From contig CALSND010000004.1 in assembly GCA_943787625.1 (NCBI GenBank), forward strand, positions 4,401 to 68,400: DNA of 64,000 nucleotides, given 5' to 3'. Shown here piece after piece: positions 1 to 11,470 of this stretch. A program made the position numbers and the translations under genes. The notes under the pieces were generated by a model. It was not told the DNA's origin, made no database searches, and saw nothing but the letters and a program-made list of their open reading frames with translations. Source of the DNA: an uncultured Gammaproteobacteria bacterium (lineage in GTDB: Bacteria; Pseudomonadota; Gammaproteobacteria; Ga0077536). Within the stretch, counting starts at the first letter, position 1; each line of letters opens with the position of its first letter.

Positions 1-828
1 ATCGCTGGAGGAGTTCCCACGGTGTGGTTGCCATTGCTCGAACACCTGAAAAAAACCGGACAGGGGGTTCCTACTTTAAGTCGCACGGTTATTGGTGGCT
101 CGGCCTGTCCGTTATCGATGATAGAAGAGTTTCGAGATGATTTTGGTGTGCAGGTCTTGCATGGGTGGGGAATGACAGAAATGAGTCCGCTTGGAACAGT
201 CAACACGCATAACCCTCAAACGATTGAATACACTGGCGCGGCTATGCAGGAGCACTTGGTCAAGCAAGGCAGAGGGCTGCCAGGAGTAGAGTTAAAGATA
301 ACCGATGAACAAGGACAAGACCTACCCTGGGACGGCGAAGCCTTTGGAACGTTGAAAGTCAGGGGGCCTTGGGTTTGTTCGGACTATTATAAATTATCAA
401 CCGCTTCGTCTGCTCATGATGGCGACGGTTGGTTCGACACTGGGGATGTTGCTAGCATCGATGCTAACGGCTACATGAAAATAACCGACCGAACTAAAGA
501 CGTTATTAAATCAGGAGGTGAATGGATAAGTTCTATAGATCTAGAAAATGTAGCCATGTCTTTCCCGGGTATCCGCGAGTGTGCTGTAGTGGGAATGCCT
601 CACTCTAAGTGGCAAGAGCGTCCGTTGTTAGTTGTCGTTAACAAGGACAACGACAACCCAGTTGAAGTTTCTGAAGTATTGCGTTTTTTTGAAGGAAAGG
701 TCGCGAAGTGGTGGATCCCGAGTGACGCGGTTTTTGTTGGTGAACTGCCTCATACCGCCACAGGGAAGGTTAGTAAGTTAACTTTGCGTGAAGAGTTGAA
801 AGGTTATCAATTTCCGGATGACGGCTAA
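1..828 (+). CDS. AMP-forming acyl-CoA synthetase (fatty-acid--CoA ligase), C-terminal part; the 5' end lies outside the window
   Basis: Frame 1 is open from nt 1 ([13 protein letters not shown]...). It contains the adenylate-forming-enzyme C-terminal block [36 protein letters not shown]. Confidence 0.85.
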   Translation: MAGGVPTVWLPLLEHLKKTGQGVPTLSRTVIGGSACPLSMIEEFRDDFGVQVLHGWGMTEMSPLGTVNTHNPQTIEYTGAAMQEHLVKQGRGLPGVELKITDEQGQDLPWDGEAFGTLKVRGPWVCSDYYKLSTASSAHDGDGWFDTGDVASIDANGYMKITDRTKDVIKSGGEWISSIDLENVAMSFPGIRECAVVGMPHSKWQERPLLVVVNKDNDNPVEVSEVLRFFEGKVAKWWIPSDAVFVGELPHTATGKVSKLTLREELKGYQFPDDG

Positions 829-971
829 GTGGTGAGTTTGAACATCACTGAGTTCGCGCATATTACTAGCCAACTTCGCGGGTATGATTTTACCAACAAA
901 AATATGCTTTAATAGGCACAGGTTTTTCAAAAATTTCGAAATTATTACTACTGATTTGAGGAGATGAGTTT

Positions 972-2153
972 ATGTCTGAATCAACGATTATCGCGGGTCT
1001 AGCTAGAACACCGATGGGGGGCATGCAAGGCGACCTTTCAGAAGTTTCGGCGCCGGTCCTTGGCGAAACCGCTATACGTGGAGCATTGAGCCGAGCAGGA
1101 ATTTCTCCGGATCAAGTTGACGAAACGATAATGGGGTGTGTGTTGCCTGGAGGGCTAGGGCAAGCGCCGGCTAGGCAGGCGTCTATTGGCGCAGGCATTC
1201 CTGAATCGACACCGTGTAGTACGGTTAATAAAATGTGCGGGTCGGGCATGAAAACGGTAATGATGGCGCACGATGCTATAAACGCAGGTTCTGCTGAGGT
1301 TGTCGTCGCAGGCGGAATGGAGAGTATGACGAATGCGCCATACATCTTACCCAAAGTACGCAGTGGAATGCGGCTTGGTCATGGGGAAGTTTTGGACCAT
1401 ATGTTTGTTGATGGTCTTGAGGACGCATTTGACAAAGGGAGGTTGATGGGTAGCTTTGCTGAGGACTGTGCTAGCAAGTACGACTTTTCGAGAGAAGCGC
1501 AAGATGCCTATGCGATCGAGTCACTGAAAAGAGCAAAAAATGCGATTGACAAGGGCCTCTTCACCGAAGAAATCGAACCTGTCAAAATTTCTACACGAAA
1601 AGGTGATTTCGTTGTTGATACTGACGAGCAGCCTGGCAAAGCTCAGCTTGATAAAATTCCAAATTTGAGGCCTGCTTTTGCGAAAGACGGTACTGTAACT
1701 GCTGCAAATTCTAGTTCTATTTCTGATGGCGCTGCGGCAGTCGTATTGTGTTCTGAATCTAAGGCTAGTGAGCTAGGTCTGAAGCCCGTAGCGCGTATAC
1801 TAGGACACAGCTCTCACGCGCAGGCGCCGGGATGGTTTACTACTGCTCCTGTTGATGCCATTAAAAAGTTAATGAAGAGGCTTGAGTGGACCGTGGAGGA
1901 TGTTGATCTGTTTGAGGTAAACGAAGCGTTTGCCGTTGTGCCTATGGCGGCGATGCATGATATAGGCATACCTCATGAAAAATTAAATGTGCGAGGCGGG
2001 GCTTGCGCTTTAGGCCATCCTGTAGGAGCTTCTGGCGCCCGTATTATTGTCACACTTGCTCAAGCGCTGAAAGATTCAGGTGGTAAAAAAGGCGTAGCCA
2101 GTTTGTGCATAGGTGGTGGAGAAGCGACTGCCGTGGCGATTGAACTGGCATAA
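972..2153 (+). CDS. acetyl-CoA C-acetyltransferase (thiolase II)
   Basis: 393 aa. Thiolase motifs VNKMCGSGMK (nucleophilic Cys), GHPVGASGARI and CIGGGEATAVAIE. GAGGAG Shine-Dalgarno upstream of the ATG. Confidence 0.9.
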   Translation: MSESTIIAGLARTPMGGMQGDLSEVSAPVLGETAIRGALSRAGISPDQVDETIMGCVLPGGLGQAPARQASIGAGIPESTPCSTVNKMCGSGMKTVMMAHDAINAGSAEVVVAGGMESMTNAPYILPKVRSGMRLGHGEVLDHMFVDGLEDAFDKGRLMGSFAEDCASKYDFSREAQDAYAIESLKRAKNAIDKGLFTEEIEPVKISTRKGDFVVDTDEQPGKAQLDKIPNLRPAFAKDGTVTAANSSSISDGAAAVVLCSESKASELGLKPVARILGHSSHAQAPGWFTTAPVDAIKKLMKRLEWTVEDVDLFEVNEAFAVVPMAAMHDIGIPHEKLNVRGGACALGHPVGASGARIIVTLAQALKDSGGKKGVASLCIGGGEATAVAIELA

Positions 2154-2208
2154 AGCAGAGCTCTAGGCCGTATGATTTTTCATTAGCTTTTTTTGTTAAT
2201 CTTAAGAA

Positions 2209-2796
2209 GTGATGTCCGGTCTGAAAGGTCAAAAAACCAGTCGGTGCGCGTGGGTCGATCTGTCTAAGCCAGACTATGTGGCGTATCACGATGAGGAGTG
2301 GGGTGTTCCTCAGCTAGATGATAATAAGTTACTTGAGGCACTGTGTCTTGAAGGAGCTCAGGCTGGTTTGAGTTGGTACACTATTTTGAAGAAGAGAAAG
2401 GGTTATCGAGAAGCCTTTTCTCAGTTTAATTTGGTTGAGGTGGCTGCCTATTCGGAGTCCGACATAAGTTTGCTGTTGTCCGATTCGCGTATCGTAAGGC
2501 ACGAGGGTAAGATCCGTTCCGTTGTAAGTAACGCGAAGGCAAGTATGCGAGCCGCTTCCGAACTAGGTTCACTGAAGGAGTTCATTTGGAGTACTTGGGC
2601 AGACTGCTCAGGAGATCAGCGCTATAAGATGTTTAGTAGCCGGATGAAGAAGGCGGGTTTTAAATTTGTCGGGCCGAAGACATTGGAGGCATTTGCGCAA
2701 GCCGTAGGACTTGTAAACGATCATTCTCAACAATGTTTTAGATACCCTGTTATTAAGTCCTTGATAGAGAGGTCACGCCCCACCTCCCATTTATGA
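2209..2796 (+). CDS. tag: DNA-3-methyladenine glycosylase I
   Basis: Tag-family N-terminal block CAWV...YVAYHDEEWGVP followed by LLEALCLEGAQAGLSW. Length about 195 aa. Confidence 0.85.
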   Translation: MMSGLKGQKTSRCAWVDLSKPDYVAYHDEEWGVPQLDDNKLLEALCLEGAQAGLSWYTILKKRKGYREAFSQFNLVEVAAYSESDISLLLSDSRIVRHEGKIRSVVSNAKASMRAASELGSLKEFIWSTWADCSGDQRYKMFSSRMKKAGFKFVGPKTLEAFAQAVGLVNDHSQQCFRYPVIKSLIERSRPTSHL

Positions 2797-2807
2797 TGAG
2801 GGTGGGG
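2778..2807. terminator. imperfect hairpin between convergent genes (possible bidirectional terminator)
   Basis: CCCCACC (2778-2784) pairs with GGTGGGG (2801-2807). It overlaps the tag stop codon. No clear U-tract. Confidence 0.35.
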
Positions 2808-2822
2808 AAAACACATCAATAA

Positions 2823-4068
2823 TTACTTAAGCAAAGGTACCCTAGAAACCGACTCATTATCCACTAAGATAGCTGTACCCCGTCCTCCGAGGACCAGCAG
2901 TTTTCCGTCGGGTAGTTCAACCGGTGTTTTGATCCATGACAGGAGCTTTAATTCAGTTCTGTCGGCAAGCGTCCATTCGTCGCCTTTTAATGTTCCAATA
3001 AGGCCAACCGCGCCTGAAATCACTGGAGTCCCATCTTGAGTTAGAATAACTCCGAATATGCCCTCGCGTCCTGGTTTGGGATTATCTTCCCACGTTTCGC
3101 CGTTATCTAAACTCTTTTGATTTACCCCCGCGGCTCCAGTCAACCAAGCTTCATTTCCTCGTTGATAACCAGCCATCCAGTATGCAGGCTCAGGTTCTCT
3201 AGGCACGATTTCAGTGTCACGTCTTATCCAAGTTTCGCCACCGTCATCACTTTGTAAAATCATGCCAAATTCACCAGCCAGAGTTACTCTTCCTTCATTC
3301 AGCATTACGACATTCCAAGAAACATCTCCCTTTCGAAAAGGCGGGCCTGGTGCGAATTTAGCTCGCGACTGTAGGAGCTGGGTCCATGTCGAGTTCTTTT
3401 TGAAACTGTATGAATCCCTCGTCAGGATATAAAATATAATCTTCTTCCTCTATCGCAGGCTTACCACCAACACTAGCGGTAAATTTCAAACTGTCGGTGT
3501 CAAGATTGGAAACCCCTAGATACCAATCAGCGGGGAAACTTCCAGGAAATTCTGTGACAGGAAGAGTGACTTCATCGATGACGACCTCTTCGTAGTTAGC
3601 CATGTCAGTGCTGCGATATATCAAACCGCGCCCGCCTACAACCCAGATACTTTTGCCATCTGATGTTATGTCAAGAATTGGCTCGTTATACTCCGATAGC
3701 TGCGCTATCTCGGATACATTTTCTCCGTCAAATTTGTATAGCATTCCAGTAGAACTTCCTAGGAGAGCTTCTTGGTCTGAAATCGCGTGCAGGCTAGTGA
3801 AGTCTACGTTTGGTGTATTTTCGACAAGAGTCAGTAGGGCAGCGTTATCGGTCAATTCGACCAACCCGACTGTGCCGTGCTGCCCCGCGACTATAATTCG
3901 TCCCATACCATTTAGGTAGTCAGCATCCATTACGTCGATGAATGTTGCGCTAGGCGCTGTTGCAACATCAGTCGAACTAGACGCCGAGTCTTGCGCCAGG
4001 GTTATGGTCGAGCCAAAACCTAATATTACGCAGGTAAATATTTGTGCGAATTTTGATTTGCAGATCAT
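2823..4068 (-). pseudogene. secreted BNR/Ycf48-like beta-propeller repeat protein, split by one frame disruption (pseudogene or sequencing error)
   Basis: The N-terminal ORF 3358-4068 has a signal peptide (MICKSKFAQIFTCVILGFGSTITLA). The C-terminal ORF 2823-3305 carries the BNR motif SDDGGETW. Removing one base near 3360 joins ...PAPTVAS|KFAPGPPFRKGDVSWNVVMLNEG. The two ORFs sum to about 396 aa, which fits this family. Confidence 0.65.
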
Positions 4069-4212
4069 GAAATGTTTCCTGTTTTTATCGTAAAACGTAT
4101 AGAGTAAATTTTAGAAATGCTCACTGCCCGTAAGCTCCCCATCTTTTTAAAATAGGCCTATCGTGACCTTTTGGCCGTTAAAATACCAGCAATTGCCCTC
4201 GTCACACAATAG

Positions 4213-4703
4213 TCAAGATTTAAATTCCTGATAACCGCCACGATAATATAGTAGTGGGCCGGCGTCCGCATTGTCGTTGATCCAGCCTTTAACTAAGCCG
4301 CAAACGATTTGATGATCGCCACCCTCATAAACATTATAGACCGAGCATTCTATCGATAAAAGAGCTCCTGAGATCAATGGAGCACCGAATTCGCCCAAGC
4401 TCCAATCTATGTTATCGAATTTGTCGGTCCCTTTTTTGGCAAAGTTATTAGAAATAGCTTGTTGTGATGAACATAGCATATTTATCCCAAATTTCTGGGT
4501 TTCAAGCATGGGGCCTAAGGTGTCAGAATTATTATCGACACAAACAAGAAACATTGGGGGGCGTCAACGAGAGAGAACTTACCGCGTTCATAGTGAGCCC
4601 AAAAGGAGTACCGGCTTTATCGGTTGTTGTGATGATAGATACTCCAGACGCCCACAGACCGCAGGCCTTTCTGAAGGCATCCTGAATCAAATTTGTCGTT
4701 CAT
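4213..4703 (-). pseudogene. flavin reductase-like (FMN-binding split-barrel) protein, frameshifted in a homopolymer (pseudogene or sequencing error)
   Basis: ORF 4213-4554 is the C-terminal two-thirds of a flavin reductase domain. The upstream frame reads IQDAFRKACGLWASGVSIITTTDKAGTPFGLTMNAVSSLSLTPP and joins MFLVCV... if the G6 run at 4556-4561 were G5. The start is either TTG at 4690, or ATG at 4703 with a second 1-nt shift. Confidence 0.65.
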
Positions 4704-5115
4704 AATTTAGAGCTTTGTAAATTGAAGGATTGTGTAATGTGCAACAAAACTGCCGATGGGTGCAAGAAAAACAATTTTGATACACGCTGGATAGTCGATT
4801 CTTACCCTGCTCTAAACTTAGCCCGGTAAATTAGCTCTATCGCGGCAGTTGTTGCCACTCATGGCTCTCAAAAAGATTTATATCCGCGTAAAGAAATCCC
4901 CAGTCAAGTCAATTAAAATACTAGTGTAGAAGCCATTTAGAGCCATCTTCTGCGCCAACTATACTGTGTGGTTTAAAAGCAACGTAATTAATGTTTACCT
5001 TTTACCACAAACGTGACAGAATCACGCGTGATGAATCTTTAGCTTTCAGGTAACTTGGTTGCGGGTTCGTTATTTTGAAACACCACATCTGGAGTTGGTG
5101 GCTGGTTAACATTAC

Positions 5116-7530
5116 GTGCGGGAGGAAAGGACATTGTCTGAGAACGGATTAACGAGAGGCCAGAGAATGGCGAACTGGATGTTGGATAACCGTATGACCA
5201 CGGTACTCGGCATCGTTATCCCAACATTAATATTAGCCTGGTCTTTGCCTTCAATTGAAGTTTACTCTCGGTTTGCAGATCTTCTTCCTGCGAAGCACGA
5301 TTACATAAAGAATTACAATCGAATGAAACAAACGTTTGGCGGGGCTAACGTTGTCACTATGTCAATCGAGGTCGAGGGCGATCGGGATATCTTCACTACA
5401 GAGACGCTGAATCAAATCAAGTACGTAACCGATGAGGTCGACATGATTCAGGGCGTAAATCACTATCAAGTCGCTAGTATCGCCCATCCAAAGATACGCA
5501 GAATTAGGACTACGGCTGGTGGATTGATCAAATCTGAACCAGTACTCCCGCGGGACATTCCAACTCAACCAGATAAGCTGAAACAACTCCGGGAAGAATC
5601 TTTTAATAACGATATTGTTTATGGCACATACATTTCGACAGACGGTAAAGCTGCCCTGATCCTAGCTGGGTTTGATGAAGAGCGGTTAGATTACAATAAG
5701 ATATTTACCCGACTAAAAGAGCTGAAGGTTGAGATAGAGGAGGTTGGGGACACCAAATTATACATAGCTGGTGAGCCGATGCTGAAAGGTTGGATTTATT
5801 ATCATTCTGCCGAGCTAACTCTCATTTTTGGCATCACTTTTGCTGTTATGGTTCTTCTGCTGTACCTACATTTTCGGTCTCTCGCGGGCGTGTTCGTTCC
5901 GCTGCTGGGAACGGGTATGGCCTGTGTGTGGGGTTTGGGCTTCGTAGGGTGGATGGACTTTAATCTAGATCCGCTCATCCTTGTTGTGCCCATCTTAATT
6001 TCCGCCCGTACCGCAAGCCACTGTGTGCAAATGATGGAACGGTTTCATGATGAGATCCGAAAAGGAGAGTCTCGAGACGCCGCTGTCAGAACCAGTATGG
6101 GTGAATTGCTAGTTCCGGCGTCGATAGCCATCTTTACTGACGCAGCCGGCCTTTACGTGCTCACCGTGTCTTCTATCCCGATAATAGCGAAACTCGGGTA
6201 TTTTTGTAGTTTCTGGTCGCTAAGTAACTTAATTACTGTGACTATCTTGGTGCCAATTGTACTATCCTACTTACCGTCACCTAAGGTCAGTCAAGAGGAA
6301 GACAAGCATGTTTACTCAATGATTATGAGTAAATGGTCGAACTTTTTAGTTTCTGACCGCGCTCCAAAGCCTATTTTCGGCGCGGCGCTGATATTGATTG
6401 GCTTTGCGGTATTTTATGCCAAGGACATGGTCGTTGGGGAAAATATGCCTGGTTCGCCAATATTGTTTCCTGATTCAGAATACAACGTTGCAGCTAAAGC
6501 TATAGCTGATAAGTTCGCGGGTGCGAATCAATTCAGCATCTATTTCGAGGCTGATGAAGCGCATAAGATGAAAGATCCTGAAGTTGTGGCCGTAATGGAG
6601 AAGTTTGGGTTGTACATGGCTGATACTCTGGGTTATGGCGGAACAAGAACGATTCCTCACTTAGTTCGTTCGATAAACCGACTCTACCATTACGATGACC
6701 CGCGGTGGTCGTTGGTTCCATCGAGCCAGCGGGACATAGGTAATACCTTATTTATGTACGAAGCGGGTGCTGCGATACCTGGTGTCATTTTAGAATATAT
6801 GGATTTAGAAGGGCGAACGGCTAATTTTGTGGTGTTTTACAAAGATGCCACTGGACCTACAGTTACCGAAGCTGTTATTAAGGCGAAGGAGTTTTTGGCT
6901 GAGCATCCGATGGAAGGAGTAACCCCACGATTCGCTGGCGGAATTATCGGAACCACCGCGGCAGGTAACGAAGAAGTGGAGCAGTCCGAATTAAATCAGA
7001 CTATCCTAATTATGGTGGTTGTAATGGCTTCAGTCATCGCCACATACAGATCTATTACGGCGGCATTACTTGTGTTTGTGGTGCTTGCTATGGCAGTGGT
7101 TATTAATAGGGCGTATATGGGATTTAGGGGTATCGGCTTAAACATTAACACTCTACCGGTAACAGCGGTTGGTATTGGTATTGGGGTCGATTACGCAATC
7201 TATATGCTCGATAGGATTCGTGAGGAAGTTAGGCACAGATCTATTGACGATGCTGTGAAGGTCGCGCTATCAACGACCGGCGCAGCGGTACTGTTTACGG
7301 CAGTGACGGTCGTGGCCGGTATAGCTTACTGGATATTTGGTTCATCGCTCCGATTTAACAGTGAGATGGCAATGCTATTATCGCTGCTAATGGTGAGCAA
7401 TATGATCGGGGCGATTTCTCTGTTGCCTCTGTTAGTTAAAGTGTTTAAACCGAGCTTTGTAATGAAGTCACAGGTGGATGAGTCATCCACTGGAGACGAA
7501 TCTACAGAGCCTGCAAACACCGCGGCATAG
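5116..7530 (+). CDS. RND/MMPL-superfamily membrane transporter
   Basis: About 800 aa with two blocks of multiple hydrophobic helices (roughly aa 230-400 and 640-790) separated by large soluble domains. ATG at 5167 (MANWMLDN..., GAGAGG upstream) is the more likely start. It sits in the known DUF1302/DUF1329/BNR/RND gene neighbourhood. Confidence 0.8.
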   Translation: MREERTLSENGLTRGQRMANWMLDNRMTTVLGIVIPTLILAWSLPSIEVYSRFADLLPAKHDYIKNYNRMKQTFGGANVVTMSIEVEGDRDIFTTETLNQIKYVTDEVDMIQGVNHYQVASIAHPKIRRIRTTAGGLIKSEPVLPRDIPTQPDKLKQLREESFNNDIVYGTYISTDGKAALILAGFDEERLDYNKIFTRLKELKVEIEEVGDTKLYIAGEPMLKGWIYYHSAELTLIFGITFAVMVLLLYLHFRSLAGVFVPLLGTGMACVWGLGFVGWMDFNLDPLILVVPILISARTASHCVQMMERFHDEIRKGESRDAAVRTSMGELLVPASIAIFTDAAGLYVLTVSSIPIIAKLGYFCSFWSLSNLITVTILVPIVLSYLPSPKVSQEEDKHVYSMIMSKWSNFLVSDRAPKPIFGAALILIGFAVFYAKDMVVGENMPGSPILFPDSEYNVAAKAIADKFAGANQFSIYFEADEAHKMKDPEVVAVMEKFGLYMADTLGYGGTRTIPHLVRSINRLYHYDDPRWSLVPSSQRDIGNTLFMYEAGAAIPGVILEYMDLEGRTANFVVFYKDATGPTVTEAVIKAKEFLAEHPMEGVTPRFAGGIIGTTAAGNEEVEQSELNQTILIMVVVMASVIATYRSITAALLVFVVLAMAVVINRAYMGFRGIGLNINTLPVTAVGIGIGVDYAIYMLDRIREEVRHRSIDDAVKVALSTTGAAVLFTAVTVVAGIAYWIFGSSLRFNSEMAMLLSLLMVSNMIGAISLLPLLVKVFKPSFVMKSQVDESSTGDESTEPANTAA

Positions 7531-7655
7531 CAGATAAACTGAGAAATCGTGAATAGAAAGCTTTAAAACATGTTAAATGTGGTTTAAAGTAATAAAAAAG
7601 GGAGCTGCCGGGCGTCCGTGAGGGTAACCGAAAGCTAAACAATAAGAGGGGACAC

Positions 7656-10077
7656 ATGGGAGATTTAACCATGAGACACTTAAAAGGCACTTTTAAAGTA
7701 GCTGCATTTGCGTTGGTACTAGCATTATTTGCTGGCCAGTCGCAAGCCCGCATCACAGTCGACGCTTTTGGCGGCGAACTGGAAGTGGAAGGCTTTTTGA
7801 AGAGTGAGGTTCGTTCACGAGTATTGAACGGTAAGACTTATCTAGGCCAGTGGATTAATCAGTTTCAAGTCGAGGCTGCATTAAACTACGTTGATGTCGG
7901 TATATTTGACGAATTAACATTCGTAGCGATAGCTCGACCTGAGTACGATATTGTGCAAGACATGGGCGACCTGTCTAGCAACCATATCGGTGAAGGTACC
8001 ACGGGCGTGTCCGTAAGTGATCGGGCAACATTCACTGCTGAAAACGACCGATTAGGCTATGGCGGATTCGAGTTCATCGGGTTCGGTAAAACAAGTACTG
8101 GTGGTATTGGTCAGTACGAACGTCAAGGGTTGAAGAACCCATCATGGTTCGCACAGAACTTTGAGGTTGCGTTTGGTACGGATGCCAGTCTTACTAAAAT
8201 AAGCAATAGCGGGACTTACTCACTGAGTGATAGCGCGACAGGCCATCTGTATCAAGGCGGTGGATTTCCACTGGTTGTGCAAAAAGCATCTAACCTAAAT
8301 CTTGATTGTAAAGGTTGTACAGATCTAAACATCGACAACATTGACGTTGCTACTGGTAATACTGATTCAAATGGTCGTCTTTATCCATTCCGTGAATTAT
8401 ATGCGGATGCGATTATAGGTGACTTCTGGATAAGATTAGGTAAACAACAAATTGTTTGGGGTAAAACAGATTTCTTCCGTTTACAGGATTTAATCAACCC
8501 AGTCGATTACGGACGTCACTTTTTCTTTGACTCTTTTGAAGACATACGTATTCCTCAGTGGATGGCCTCCATCCAGTGGAAAGCGGGATCCATTGGTCCT
8601 CTTACGGATAACGCAATTCAGGTTGTTTGGAATTTCGACGAGTTTCAAGGCATAGGCCTTGGGAACCCATCGCAATTTTGGGCACATCCATTCTCAAAAG
8701 ACATCAGTACGTTTGCAATATATAACACGTACTTTTCTCCAGAGCCTTGTTTGACCGCTTCAGCGCGAGACAAGGACTACTCTTCCGGCTACGCTGGAAG
8801 CGCAGTTATTAATACGGCTAAACTACGTCCTGAAGACACTTGCGGTTACCTCGGAGCGAACGATAATCGTACGCCCTCTGGATTTGGTCAACCTGTTGGC
8901 TTGAGTGCGAACTTAAGGCCTGATTGGGATATTAAAAATACTGAAGCAGGTTTTAGATGGGAATTCCGTCTAGCTGATTTCAGGTTTGCGGTATCGCATT
9001 GGTATGGCTGGAACGATGTTCCAGTGTTCAAGTTCCATTCAGTTAACTTGCCGACAAGGCACTTGACTGCCGCTGGTATTAAGGCAAATGCGCCAACTGA
9101 CATACTTATTGGTGATTTAGCATGGGCACGTTCAGTGAACGCGACAACATCCGGTGTTGCGGGTGGTGCAGATTACTCTACAGGTGATATGTTAGCATTA
9201 GCACAAGCCGAAGCAGCATCAAACGGTACATCCAGTTTGGGAACAGGCACTGGTGGTTACAATGACCCGATAATCGTAACTGATCCACTAAACGCGGCCA
9301 TATACTGGCAGCACATGCGAAAAGTTCGATATGGCCGGAGCGGCATCTGCAGCAATTAAAATGGGCACTTTTCTAACCTCTGGGCTGCGCTAGACGAAAC
9401 ATACTTCGGTGCAGGATCCAACTGGCAGAATTGCGGAAGCAATGGTGGAGTGTTCTGTAGCCCGCTTGCAGGTGGACAGACCTCAATGGTTTACAAGCAG
9501 GCTCACACAGTCGGCCTAGCTATGGACTACTTTGAGTCACATTCCGGTGTTGTAATGCGAATTGAGTCTTCTTGGACTTTCGATGAGCTGTTACAACAAC
9601 ACAATGCGCTCTGACTGGGTTGATGAAGGAGACGTAATGCGCTTCTCACTCGGCTTTGACAGACCGACATTTATACCGTTCTTGAACAAAGACCGTACGT
9701 TCTTCCTATCATTGCAGATCTTTGATACCTGGTATCTAGATCACGAAGGTGACAAGAACACTGGTATGTTCGTAGATGAGCATAACTGGATAACTACTTT
9801 CTTCTTTATCGGTAACTATATGCGCGATAAAGTGAAACCAATCGGTTTCTATGTTTGGGAAGAAGCGTCCAACTCACATGTTGCTGGTTTCAATGTTGAG
9901 TGGTTGATTGACAACCATTGGTCAATCAAGTCTGGGTTTCACCTGATTTGGGGTGGCGACAGAAACACTACACATGATACAGGACCATTTACAAACTACA
10001 TCACTGAAGGCTCAAACGGGCCTACAGAATCCTTTCGTAACATCAGTCTTTGGACCAGGACGACAGGGTATTGGTAG
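7656..10077 (+). pseudogene. DUF1302-family outer-membrane protein, disrupted at two or three points (pseudogene or sequencing error)
   Basis: Signal peptide MRHLKGTFKVAAFALVLALFAGQSQA (ATG at 7671). The reading frame breaks around 9300-9360 (TAA at 9357; frame +1 reads YTGSTCEKFDMAGAASAAIKMGTF). It then resumes in the original frame (NLWAALDETYFGAG...MRIESSWTFDEL). It shifts again near 9590-9612 into ORF 9562-10077 (NNTMRSDWVDEGDVMRFSLGFDRPTF...). A strong terminator follows at 10155. Confidence 0.65.
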
Positions 10078-10154
10078 TGTGAGAAACTATGACGAAGTTA
10101 CATTTGAATTGAAATACCAGTTCTAATATACTCGCTAAGTTAATAAAATTAAGG

Positions 10155-10185
10155 GCGGAAGGGTAAAACCTTCCGCTTTTTTTTT
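10155..10185 (+). terminator. rho-independent terminator
   Basis: GCGGAAGG (10155-10162), loop GTAAAA, CCTTCCGC (10169-10176), followed by a T9 run. Confidence 0.85.
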
Positions 10186-10255
10186 GTGGTAACATAAGTC
10201 CATTGGACACATCATGGTCGTATATAGTTTGTGCATAGTTAATAGGAAAGGTTAT

Positions 10256-11428
10256 ATGTCGAGGGTGCTAATATTCAAACTGCTCATCACGTTTTTAGTG
10301 AGTTGTATGCTTACAACAGCATCGTATGCGCTCGAGGGTGATGACGCAAAGGAGTTAGTTCGAGAGGCGATACAAGTGGCAAAAGAACTGCGAGCGAGTG
10401 AGAGCTACTACGATCAGTATGCTGGCGCAGGTATATTGGTTGATATAGGCGATAAGGACTCGCTCCAGTTTCTAGTGGACGGCCTTGCAGATAACGATTG
10501 GGTCTTAATGAGAAGTGCAATTGATACGTTGCTGACAGTTCGGCATCCTTATGGTCTTGACGTGCTCTATCGATATGCTGAGCAAACGACTGATGCAATA
10601 TTTATGAAATTCTTGTCTGAATCATTGGCGAGTCGTCCTAGAGATGATCTCTCTGAGTTTTTAATTAGGCTAATAGAATCAGACGACGAGTGGGTCAAAA
10701 AGCATGCTATGCAATCTCTGGCGTCTAGCGAATATCCTGGAAAAGAACAGCTAATGACTAATCTAGGAGATGACCACAATCAAGATCCATTGACGAGAGC
10801 TTACGGCTATTATGGGCTTATTGGGACAGATTCTGAGAGTTATGCTGTCAAAGAATTGCTTTCAATTACGGATAATTGGGGCGCGGATGCTTTGGAGGTG
10901 TTGGCAGTAGCGTTGGGGCAGCACGATTCTCAAGAAACCAGGTTGCGATTAAAAGAGCTAAGGGCAGCAAATACCTATAAAATACAAATTGCGGCAATGG
11001 CTAGTCAGGCTGGGTTCGGTAATGAGGAAGCGACGGAAACCTTAATTTCGATCATCGCTAATGGAAAAGGTCTTGACCCGTCCGTTGCCGCGGCTAGTTT
11101 AAGAAGGATGAACCCGGGAACAGTAAGTGCGATCACCGCTGAACTATTAAAATGTTGCGAACTGGATTCTGATACGGGCACTCGTTTACTTGAATCGTGG
11201 GAAAAAATAGATGGCGATCCGACTGCATTATATAATTGGGGGTTTAATCATAAAAATCCTGACATACAGATGCAGACAGTATGGCTTGTTGGAGCGAGAG
11301 GAGATGCTGAACATGCGCCCTCTATCGCGAGTATGCTAACTAGTCCAGATTCAGGGATTAGGGCGATGGCATCATGGGCTATCGTGCGCTTATTCGGCGA
11401 AAAATACGCACCAGAGTTGTCTGTATAA
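10256..11428 (+). CDS. secreted HEAT/armadillo-type repeat protein, function unknown
   Basis: ATG at 10256 is preceded by AGGAAAGG. Signal peptide MSRVLIFKLLITFLVSCMLTTASYA. The sequence is repetitive and helical, with recurring D.WV...A...L motifs typical of HEAT-like repeats. Confidence 0.55.
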   Translation: MSRVLIFKLLITFLVSCMLTTASYALEGDDAKELVREAIQVAKELRASESYYDQYAGAGILVDIGDKDSLQFLVDGLADNDWVLMRSAIDTLLTVRHPYGLDVLYRYAEQTTDAIFMKFLSESLASRPRDDLSEFLIRLIESDDEWVKKHAMQSLASSEYPGKEQLMTNLGDDHNQDPLTRAYGYYGLIGTDSESYAVKELLSITDNWGADALEVLAVALGQHDSQETRLRLKELRAANTYKIQIAAMASQAGFGNEEATETLISIIANGKGLDPSVAAASLRRMNPGTVSAITAELLKCCELDSDTGTRLLESWEKIDGDPTALYNWGFNHKNPDIQMQTVWLVGARGDAEHAPSIASMLTSPDSGIRAMASWAIVRLFGEKYAPELSV

Positions 11429-11470
11429 AACTTCTAAAACATTAGGGGCAATAGCGCTAAATAGCGCGTA

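Noticed and set aside
1112-1354. Antisense or overlapping short ORFs inside long, well-supported genes. This applies to many track entries, for example 1112-1354, 5362-5586, 8490-8687, 18419-18832, 23382-23672, 29637-29921, 43923-44258, 53301-53552 and 62953-63300.
   Set aside because: Each lies fully within a longer ORF on the other strand or in another frame that has clear family motifs. None has a recognisable domain or ribosome-binding site. I treat them as shadow ORFs.
4704-4946. Repeated motif (A)TTTAGAGC(C) upstream of the RND gene (4706, 4936; reverse complement at 4809). Similar copies lie in other intergenic regions (about 20637 and about 45440), suggesting a shared operator.
   Set aside because: Exact matches are only 8-11 nt. 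Chance repeats of that length are expected in a 64-kb AT-rich window, and a 12-mer containing the reverse-complement copy also recurs inside a coding region at about 61044. The signal is not statistically convincing without a motif search across the genome.
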